DNA of 23,201 bases from Armatimonadota bacterium (GTDB taxonomy: Bacteria; Armatimonadota; Armatimonadia; Armatimonadales; Armatimonadaceae). Where the stretch lies: contig JAYUUO010000274.1 in NCBI GenBank assembly GCA_043754515.1, positions 1 to 23,201 on the forward strand, given 5' to 3'. How positions within the stretch are numbered: position 1 is the first letter of the stretch; the number at the start of each line of letters is the position of its first letter. The notes beneath the pieces were generated by a model. The model made no database searches. It was given only the letters and a program-made list of their open reading frames with translations, and was not told where the DNA came from. Position numbers and translations under genes: made by a program. Shown here piece after piece: positions 8,876 to 16,148 of the stretch.

Positions 8876-11089
8876 CTAGGCGACCGGGATACGCACGGTG
8901 TAAATGGTCCCGTCCTCCGTCGGTGCGTAGACCATGCCGCTCTTGATGAGCGGTTGGGAGCGCACGGGGCTGTTCGTCTGCACCCGCCAGTTCAGCGTGC
9001 CGGTGTGCGCGTCAATCACGTGGATGTAGCCGTCCGTGGAGCCGAAGAACAGCTGGCCGTCGTGGTAGGAGGGCGTGCCCACCTCGCCGCGCGTCGGGTA
9101 GACCCATAACTCTTTGCCGTCCGCGCCGTTGAAGGCGTGCAATTTGTGGTCCGTGGAGCCGATGTAAACGATGTCGTCCTGGATCAGCATATTCGACGTG
9201 AAGGAGACGGCACGCGCCTTGATCTTCGCGTCCTTATCCTTGCGCTTTTTCATCTCCTCTTCGGCTGCTTTCTGCTGGTCGTACATCCAACGGAGCTTGC
9301 CGTCACTCGCATCCACGGCGGCGATAACCTGCGCGGCGAGCGCGTAGATGACGCCTTTCTTCTCGTCCACGAACATCGCGGTCGAGAGCGGGCGGAGCCG
9401 GTCTTTGATGTCGCCGAAGTCGCGCCGCCACAGCACCTTTTTGGATTCGGGGTCGTAACGCTCCACGCGTGCTTTCCCGTTGCCGTAGAGTCGGAGCCGC
9501 TTGTTCTCCTCGTCCTTGCGCTTGCCCTCGACCTGCACCCCGATGCCGTACACGCCGAGCTTGCCCGCGTACCCGATGTGAAACCAGTCCGCCTTCGCGC
9601 CCTCCCGTTGCACCTCTCTCCAGATCTCCTTGCCCTGGAAGATGTCGAGGCACCCACGCTCGCCGATGCCGCCGTAGTAGACGCGGTCGTTGTAAAGGAC
9701 GGGGGTACCGACGAAACCGGTGTCAATCTGCCAATCAATGTTGCCGTTTCGCCGGTTCAGCCCGAACACGTGCCCGACGCCGTCTATGGTGATCGCCTCT
9801 TTGGGGCGGCTACCGAAGCCGAACATGGAGCCGAGCACGGAGCCGAGGCTGGTATCGGTACGCATTTCACTGCTCAGGTCGAGCGAGCCGGATACCGCGC
9901 AGATGATCTGATCGCTGACCACGGGGCCGTACGCGAACACCGTGCCGTCCGCCGCGTCCAGGAGCACTTCGGCGGGCTGTGTCGGTTGCGAAACATCCCA
10001 GCGTCGGAGGCGGCCGTCCGTGCTCCCGAAGAACATTTCGTTTTTCTGTAAAAACATCGGGGAGACGGCGGGCATCTTCAGCCCCGTGCTGTCGCGCCAG
10101 TCCGAAACGGCGCGGGCGGTGTTTTCGTCCTGGCTGGTCGTCGAGACGATGGGGAAGTTATAGCCGAATAGGACGGGCAACTCCTTCGAGACGCTGATCG
10201 TGTTCAGGATGCGGAGTTCGCCCGACTCGACCACGGCGAGAGGGTCGGTGTGCGCGACCGGCTTCGGCTTCAGAGTCTTCCCGGCGGACGAGATCAGGGT
10301 CTTGACCGGGTTGGACGGCACGGCGAGCGTGAGGTTCTGCGCCCCCGAGGTCATGCCCCGAGTCAGCACGCCGACCACCTCGCCCGTGTCCACCCGGAAG
10401 ACTGGCCCCCCGCTGTTGCCGTGCGTGACCGGCGCGTCTATCTGGAGCGCGGTCTCCCCCACGTAGGAGTTGGAATCGCCGCTGTAGCGCAAGCCGTTCA
10501 CCGAGCCGCGCGAGGTCGAGGAGTCGAGTGCCATGCCGAGCCAGACGACGACGAGCGGCTCCGGGTAGCCTGTCACCGCGATAGGCGAGCCGGTCGCCAC
10601 CGCCTCGGAGTCGCCCAGAGTGACGGTCGGCACCTCGCCTTTGACCGCGACCTGTAACAGCGCGAGGTCGTACTGCGCGTCTATCTTCAGCACCTGCGCC
10701 GACAACTTCTCCCGGTTTTTGTAGATGCAGGTGAACTTCTGGCCCCGGTCAACGACGTGCCGGTTCGTGATGAACAAGCCGTCCGAGGATACGAAGAAGC
10801 CCGACCCCCACTGTATGCCGCGCTCTGTGACCACCTCTAACATCGCCACAGCGGGCTTTACGGAGGCGATAAACTCACGCGCCTTCTGCTCGTCGAGCGA
10901 GTTGTTGGGGGGGGGTAATGGTGACGACGCGGGGAGGGGCGGGGGCGTCGCTGGCACAGCGGGGGCGGGTACCGGAGCCGGGGGGGCTGGCTGTTGCGCG
11001 CGGGCGTCGGTCGTCAGCGCCAGCGCGGCACCGGCGGGTAGAAGCGTGCCGATGCGCTTGATCAGGTCACGGCGGTTCAGTTCGGGCAT
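8876..11089 (-). CDS. Tat-exported trypsin-like (S1/HtrA-type, no PDZ) serine protease with C-terminal PQQ/BamB-type beta-propeller
   Basis: Start ATG 11089 with GGAG 7 nt upstream; twin-arginine signal MPELNRRDLIK...ARAQ; Pro-rich linker; GSGFFVSSDGLFITNRHVV (His), YDLALL (Asp), HGNSGGP (Ser); propeller repeats VYIGSTDHKLHAFNGADGKELW and FFGSTDGYIHVIDAHTGTLNW. Confidence 0.9.
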   Translation of the reverse strand: MPELNRRDLIKRIGTLLPAGAALALTTDARAQQPAPPAPVPAPAVPATPPPLPASSPLPPPNNSLDEQKAREFIASVKPAVAMLEVVTERGIQWGSGFFVSSDGLFITNRHVVDRGQKFTCIYKNREKLSAQVLKIDAQYDLALLQVAVKGEVPTVTLGDSEAVATGSPIAVTGYPEPLVVVWLGMALDSSTSRGSVNGLRYSGDSNSYVGETALQIDAPVTHGNSGGPVFRVDTGEVVGVLTRGMTSGAQNLTLAVPSNPVKTLISSAGKTLKPKPVAHTDPLAVVESGELRILNTISVSKELPVLFGYNFPIVSTTSQDENTARAVSDWRDSTGLKMPAVSPMFLQKNEMFFGSTDGRLRRWDVSQPTQPAEVLLDAADGTVFAYGPVVSDQIICAVSGSLDLSSEMRTDTSLGSVLGSMFGFGSRPKEAITIDGVGHVFGLNRRNGNIDWQIDTGFVGTPVLYNDRVYYGGIGERGCLDIFQGKEIWREVQREGAKADWFHIGYAGKLGVYGIGVQVEGKRKDEENKRLRLYGNGKARVERYDPESKKVLWRRDFGDIKDRLRPLSTAMFVDEKKGVIYALAAQVIAAVDASDGKLRWMYDQQKAAEEEMKKRKDKDAKIKARAVSFTSNMLIQDDIVYIGSTDHKLHAFNGADGKELWVYPTRGEVGTPSYHDGQLFFGSTDGYIHVIDAHTGTLNWRVQTNSPVRSQPLIKSGMVYAPTEDGTIYTVRIPVA

Positions 11090-11166
11090 TGGGTTCTCCG
11101 TTTCAGCGACGTACGCTCGGGTAGCGACACGCCACCCTTTCCCTATCGTATCTATACATCTCCCGA

Positions 11167-11216
11167 CGGGAGCAGACACTTATTCGGCGTGTCCGCTCCC
11201 GCTTCCTTCTTATTTT
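11167..11216 (+). terminator. Stem-loop followed by a pyrimidine/T-rich tract on the + strand (antisense to the array)
   Basis: CGGGAGCAGACAC (11167-11179) / GTGTCCGCTCCCG (11189-11201), one mismatch, then CTTCCTTCTTATTTT. Confidence 0.4.
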
Positions 11217-11282
11217 CGAGAAAATGTTTTGCCTACAGAGAAACCCTAATGATCCAATCGTTGTCCTGCTATACGAAGTGTG

Positions 11283-13673
11283 CTACCGCCCCCCGGCGAT
11301 CACCTCCAGCGAGGACTCCGCCAGCACTGGCACCGCCATGCCGGACGGGACGGGGATCCGGCGGCGCGCGACCGCCGGGGAGTCACCGGCCGTAAGGGAC
11401 GCGGCGAAGGCGCGTGCCGCCTTCGCGTCCGCGAAGAGGTAGGCGCGAACCCGATACATCCCTGGCGCGTCGGGGGACAGGGCGCGTCGCGCATCTTTCG
11501 GGATCTCCGCCGTGTCGCCGCTCGCGACCTTCGCCCCGTCAACGTTCCCCCCGGCGAGGCCCGAGACGCGTGGGGACAGCAGTATCTCCTCGCCCGCCGC
11601 GTCGCCGGAATCGCGGCGCAGGAACACGAACAGGTAGCCGGGCGCGCCGACGCCGATTCGGAAGCGTAGGCGGTCCGTGATCGAGATCTTCTCACCGTCC
11701 GGGGTGCGGGTCAGCGAGAGCCGCGCCGGGTTGGTTTCCGCCCTGGCGAGGAGGTTGGCGAGCGTGACGCTTCCCGAGGCGGGAGTCAGCGCGGCGGGCT
11801 TTATCTTCGTCTTCGTGACGGGGGGCGTTGGATGAACCACCGGGGTCGGGGGCGTGTTGCCGCCGACGCCATTCGCGACCCGTAACGTCACCGTGCGCGT
11901 CACGGCGGTGCGCCCCTTGCTGTCGCGCACCGAGACCGTGAGCGGCACCGGCCCGTTCGGGAGTGCTGTCGTATCAAGCGCGTATTCATAGGTGCCGGGC
12001 ACCGTGAACGTTTTTACCGCTTTGCCGCGTACGCTGACCGTGACCGTCGGGCGTTCCTCGTACGTTTTCACCCAGGCCGAAAGCGTCACGACGCCCGAAA
12101 CCGGCGTCTTATCCGCGAGCGGCACGATCTCCTCTGTCGCCATCGCCCGCGCGGTCTGTGTCGAGGGAGTGTCCAGATAGTAACCGGACGAGACCATTTC
12201 CTTGTACTGCGCGGCGACCTTCGGGTCGGAAAGTAATGTGTAGTCGTTCGTTTTGCGCGACTCCACGGCGGCGTAGCGCATCGAGTTCATGTCGAACCAA
12301 TGTACCGCTTTAACGCGCGGGTATTTGCGCGGGATCGCCGAATATAGCTGCCCGATTTTGTTCACGGCGAAGTCCGCGCGGATCACTCCGTCCGTCTGGG
12401 AGTTGTGTGTCGCCGCCCACTCGCCGACCAGAATCGGGTGTTTCGCGGCGTAACGCTTGTAGATGAAGTCCAGGTTGTCCGCCGGGTTGCGCCACCAGAC
12501 GGGCCGTTTCGCGTCGTTATTGTTGTAATAGGTGCTGTAGAAGTTGACGCCCACCCAGTCGGTCGCGTCCTCGCCGGGGTAGTATTCCGCGATCGAGTTT
12601 TCGGGCAGGTTGTTCGGACACCAGACCATCGCCACGTTCGGGGCGGTGTCGTGGAATACTTTGGCAACCAGGCGAAACTTCTCCCGGTACAGCGCGGCGG
12701 GCGCGTGATACGGGGTCCAGTTGCCGTTCATCTCGGACGCGAAGCGCACGAAGATCGGGATCTTAGCATCCCGCGCCGCCCGTGCCATGTTGTGTAGCGT
12801 CTCGTCGTCCCGGACATCGTCTAATCGGTTCGGCTCGATACACCACTGCGCCGCCGCTCCGTTCTCGCGCAGATTGGAGAACCAGCCGGTCGGGATTTTG
12901 CCGCCGTAGCCGTTGTAGGTGAAGAACGAGGCGTGCTTGCGCCCGATCTTTTCGTTGAATTCGCCCGCGTCTCTGAACTTGCGGTCGCCGTCCATGAAGT
13001 GCTTTTCGAGCGAGTCGTCGTGGTCAATGAACGCGCCGATGTAGGTGCCGTAAACGGGTTCGAGTCGCCGCCCGGTGTCGTAGGCGCGGACGCTCGCAAG
13101 TGTCGGCTTGCGCGAGAAGTAGAGTCTCAGTTCGGTGGTATAGCGGGACGCCTGCGCTCGCATCACGAGCGCGGTGTTGCTGTCGCCTTTCGCGTCGTAG
13201 ATGTCGGCGGCTTTGCCGAACGACTCGGCGGCGGTCGCGTAGTCCTCGCTCTGCGCCGCCGTTAGACCACGGTTGGCCCAGCCGCTCGCCGATCCGGGTA
13301 GCCCGCGCGGCCCGCGTTCGTAGGCGCGGGTCTGCGCCGAGCGTACCGACGGGGGCAGGTCGCCGAGGTCGGGGGTGGTGTGGCCGCGTTCGCCGAAGCC
13401 GAGGTCGCCCGCGCCGTCGCTGGTGACGCCGCGCAACACGAGCGGCGGCTTGGCGGCGTCGGTGGGGGCGGTGCCGACAGGCCGGGTCGGCGGGTCGGCG
13501 GGTTTAGGCGCGGGCGGCACTGGCACGCCCGAAGCCGGAGTAACTGGGGTTGGGGTCTGCCGCGCCATCGCCCGCGCCCCGAAACAGACGCCGCCGATCA
13601 GCGCGGCGGCGGCGAGCGATACCGTGAAGCGACTCGGTCGGGCGAGAAAGAAAAAGGACGATGATTGTTTCAT
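11283..13673 (-). CDS. Exported GH26-like glycoside hydrolase with N-terminal helical (TPR-like) segment, Ig-like domain and C-terminal DUF4384-like domain
   Basis: Signal peptide; clan GH-A/GH26 motifs FVRFASEMNGNW (acid/base Glu), YYPGEDATDWVGVNFY, PILVGEWA (nucleophile Glu); Ig-like VSGVVTLSA...LDTTALPNG...VTLRVAN; tail RLRFRIGVGAPGYLFVF...VRAYLFADAKAARAF. Confidence 0.85.
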   Translation of the reverse strand: MKQSSSFFFLARPSRFTVSLAAAALIGGVCFGARAMARQTPTPVTPASGVPVPPAPKPADPPTRPVGTAPTDAAKPPLVLRGVTSDGAGDLGFGERGHTTPDLGDLPPSVRSAQTRAYERGPRGLPGSASGWANRGLTAAQSEDYATAAESFGKAADIYDAKGDSNTALVMRAQASRYTTELRLYFSRKPTLASVRAYDTGRRLEPVYGTYIGAFIDHDDSLEKHFMDGDRKFRDAGEFNEKIGRKHASFFTYNGYGGKIPTGWFSNLRENGAAAQWCIEPNRLDDVRDDETLHNMARAARDAKIPIFVRFASEMNGNWTPYHAPAALYREKFRLVAKVFHDTAPNVAMVWCPNNLPENSIAEYYPGEDATDWVGVNFYSTYYNNNDAKRPVWWRNPADNLDFIYKRYAAKHPILVGEWAATHNSQTDGVIRADFAVNKIGQLYSAIPRKYPRVKAVHWFDMNSMRYAAVESRKTNDYTLLSDPKVAAQYKEMVSSGYYLDTPSTQTARAMATEEIVPLADKTPVSGVVTLSAWVKTYEERPTVTVSVRGKAVKTFTVPGTYEYALDTTALPNGPVPLTVSVRDSKGRTAVTRTVTLRVANGVGGNTPPTPVVHPTPPVTKTKIKPAALTPASGSVTLANLLARAETNPARLSLTRTPDGEKISITDRLRFRIGVGAPGYLFVFLRRDSGDAAGEEILLSPRVSGLAGGNVDGAKVASGDTAEIPKDARRALSPDAPGMYRVRAYLFADAKAARAFAASLTAGDSPAVARRRIPVPSGMAVPVLAESSLEVIAGGR

Positions 13674-13723
13674 AAGTTGGTTTCGATGCTTCCAAGTCTG
13701 CTACGTACAGGCTCTATAGCCAC

Positions 13724-13753
13724 AGTATACGACTCCGGCAACGCCGCGGACAA
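13724..13753 (-). promoter_or_regulatory. Candidate sigma70-type promoter for the GH26 sub-operon (TTGTCC-N18-TATACT)
   Basis: On the minus strand, TTGTCC at 13753-13748 and TATACT at 13729-13724, about 50 nt upstream of the ATG at 13673. Confidence 0.45.
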
Positions 13754-13758
13754 TGACG

Positions 13759-13782
13759 CGGATCACATTGCCGGGTGATCCG
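13759..13782. promoter_or_regulatory. Perfect 8-bp inverted repeat CGGATCAC-N8-GTGATCCG (possible operator or hairpin)
   Basis: Directly upstream of the candidate -35 element in the 314-bp intergenic gap. Confidence 0.35.
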
Positions 13783-13921
13783 GACCAAACAGGGCGACGC
13801 GGGGCCTTCGCCCGCGCTTAGACGCCGCCCGCGAACGACCGGGCGATGGCGCGATTGTTACGGGGCGCGTGTACTCCTAGGGCGATTGCATCACAGACCG
13901 GTTGCCGATTCCCGTTTCGTG

Positions 13922-13940
13922 CGGGGATCAACGATCCCCG
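13922..13940 (-). terminator. Stem-loop CGGGGATC-AAC-GATCCCCG downstream of the caspase-PEGA-TPR gene
   Basis: Perfect 8-bp stem about 47 nt after the stop at 13988; no U-tract. Confidence 0.35.
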
Positions 13941-13987
13941 AACCCCGCTCCCCACCCCGGACCGTGATCGCGGCTAAGCGTGCGAGC

Positions 13988-16111
13988 CTATTTCTTCGCC
14001 CTCGCCAGCACCGCGGCGATTCCCGCGAGGGCTTCCGCCCGCCGTTGCGCGGGGATAATCCCGTCCGCGGTGGCTTTCGCGCCGCGTAGGTTCCCTCCGG
14101 TCGCCTGTTGCACGGCGATGGCGACGAGTGCCTCGGACTTGCGGGGGGCGTCCACGATCGGGGACGCGGTCTCGATCGCGCCCGCCACGTCGCCCCGTTC
14201 CGCCTGCGCTTTGCTGATCGCGCACAACGCCTCGGACTTACGGTACAGGTTGAATACCTGCTCGACGGTTGTTTTCGCTTCGGCGATGTCGCCGCACGCC
14301 GCCTGCGCTTGCGCGATAAGCGAAAGGGGTCCCGAGTTCACGGTGGGGTCGGTGACCGTGCAGGTGAGGGTTTTGGCAAGCACGATAGTCCCCCGCGCGC
14401 CCGCAATGTCGCCACATATCGCTTGCGACCGGGCGACGTTCGCGAGGCTCCCGCCTTTCAGCGCGACGTTCCCACCGCGACTCAGAATATTTTTCGCTTG
14501 GGCGTTCGTTTTCCTCGCCCCCTCCGCGTCGCCGCATTTCGCCTGCAAAATCGCGATCTCGGTCAGGGTGTTCGGTTTGCCCCAGAAGTCGCCGATTCGT
14601 CCGGCGGCGGTTTTCGCTTCCTCCAGAGTCCGGGCGGCCTGGGCGGTATTCCCGAGAGCGATTTGTGCGCTGGCCATCCGCGTCAGGGTCATGGCGCGGC
14701 CGCTCGATCCGGGTTCCTTTAGCGCGAGCGTGTCGCGCGCCCAGCCGATGTTTTGATCGGCTTCCGCGATGGTTTGCGCCGCGCCGCCGGTGTCACCCGC
14801 CACCGTCTGCGCCCGCGCGATTCGGGCGAGGGCGTTCGCTTTCAGTTCGCACGTCAGGTCCCGCGCCGCGCTTTTCGCCGCGCCCACGAAATAGGCGGGC
14901 GTGAGGGCGATAGCCACGGGAGCCGATGGCACCGCGCCGTTGTTCGGAGCGTTCACCGACGTCAGCGTGACCTTCAGCGGCTCTGTCTTGCCGCGCCGCA
15001 GGGTGACGGTCATCACGACGGTTTCATAACCGGGCGCGGAGATGGTCACCTGGACGTCCTTTTGCGGCTCGTCCAGCAGGTTCGCGGCGTAAGTGCCGCC
15101 CGCGACCGTTTCGCCGTCCACCGCGATCATCGCCTCGGGTACGTTCGCTTCCACGGTCAGTCGCGCCCGCGTGTTCAGCATTTTGGGGATGCCCGTCGCC
15201 GCGATTGATGGCGCGGCGACCCGCGACGCGACGCTCGCCAGCACGAACGTCTCGACGCCGTTCCCGTCCAGCGACGGGTACGGGTTCTGGTCGAAGTGCT
15301 CGACCCGCGACACCGTCGCCTTTACCTGTCGCCCCACATAGTTCGCCAGCGAACGCCCCGTTACGACACCCGCCACATCCGCCGCTTTGCCGCGCAAGCC
15401 CTGCTCCAGAAAATAGGAGAAGTAGCCGCGCCCCTTTTCCGCCCATTCGTAGGAACGCTCGTCGGGGCTGCACGAGAACAGCGTGATCGTCACCGCCGCG
15501 TTCGCGGTGCTAGCGGACGGCGACTGTTTGAAGTCCAGACCGCGCGTCAGACTCCCGGCCATCTTGCTGTCGGCGGCGGAGACATCTTTGCCGCCTTTCT
15601 TCGGGCTACTGCGGCACATGTCGAAGGCGAGTATCAGGGCTTTGGTGTGAATCTGTCCAAGCCGCTGGCGGAACTTGGAAACCTCGAGCGCGCTTTCCGC
15701 GAGCAGTTCGTCGTCGAACGCGGTGGTGTCGTAGGGGAGGAGATACGGCACGCCCTTGACCTCGACCCCGTGCCCGCTAAACAGCACGAACACCGTGTCG
15801 CCCGGCCGCGCGCTGTCGCCCAGACGCCCGAGCGCGTTCAGAATGTTCGTCCGCGTCGGCTTCAAGTCGCCGTCGGACACCAGGAGCTGGATATGATCGG
15901 TGTCGAACCCGGCGACCTCGTGGAGCGTGGTCGCCATCGCCTTCGCGTCGGCGGCGGCGGCACCGAGCGGGTTGATCCGGTTCGCGTCGGCGTATTGGTC
16001 AATGCCGATCAGTAGTGCCCACTTTTCCGCGCGTGCCGCGCCGCAGACCCCGAGCAGGACCGGCACAAGTAGTAGCAACGTCGCGATAACTCTTCGTGTC
16101 ATGGATTTCAT
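13988..16111 (-). CDS. Exported caspase-family protease with PEGA-like domain and C-terminal TPR-like helical repeats
   Basis: Start ATG 16111 (or 16102); signal peptide ending ARA-EK; KWALLIGIDQY, FSGHG, FDMCRS, RGYFSYFLEQGLRG; PEGA-like ARLTVEANVPEAMIAVDG...APGYE; about 8 repeats of the type ALARIARAQ..GD...A / ALCAISKAQ..GD...A. Confidence 0.9.
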   Translation of the reverse strand: MKSMTRRVIATLLLLVPVLLGVCGAARAEKWALLIGIDQYADANRINPLGAAAADAKAMATTLHEVAGFDTDHIQLLVSDGDLKPTRTNILNALGRLGDSARPGDTVFVLFSGHGVEVKGVPYLLPYDTTAFDDELLAESALEVSKFRQRLGQIHTKALILAFDMCRSSPKKGGKDVSAADSKMAGSLTRGLDFKQSPSASTANAAVTITLFSCSPDERSYEWAEKGRGYFSYFLEQGLRGKAADVAGVVTGRSLANYVGRQVKATVSRVEHFDQNPYPSLDGNGVETFVLASVASRVAAPSIAATGIPKMLNTRARLTVEANVPEAMIAVDGETVAGGTYAANLLDEPQKDVQVTISAPGYETVVMTVTLRRGKTEPLKVTLTSVNAPNNGAVPSAPVAIALTPAYFVGAAKSAARDLTCELKANALARIARAQTVAGDTGGAAQTIAEADQNIGWARDTLALKEPGSSGRAMTLTRMASAQIALGNTAQAARTLEEAKTAAGRIGDFWGKPNTLTEIAILQAKCGDAEGARKTNAQAKNILSRGGNVALKGGSLANVARSQAICGDIAGARGTIVLAKTLTCTVTDPTVNSGPLSLIAQAQAACGDIAEAKTTVEQVFNLYRKSEALCAISKAQAERGDVAGAIETASPIVDAPRKSEALVAIAVQQATGGNLRGAKATADGIIPAQRRAEALAGIAAVLARAKK

Positions 16112-16148
16112 AGTGTGTTTTGTTCCCGAGCGTGTATTAGAGAGGCGG

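Noticed and set aside
6851..10100. Calling the propeller proteins BamB or PQQ dehydrogenases
   Set aside because: Only the repeat fold is shared; there is no lipobox, bam context or dehydrogenase signature, and both have trypsin-like N-domains.
13988..14850. Tandem DNA repeats or CRISPR array in the helical-repeat region
   Set aside because: The periodicity comes from degenerate protein repeats within a CDS; there are no identical direct repeats with spacers.
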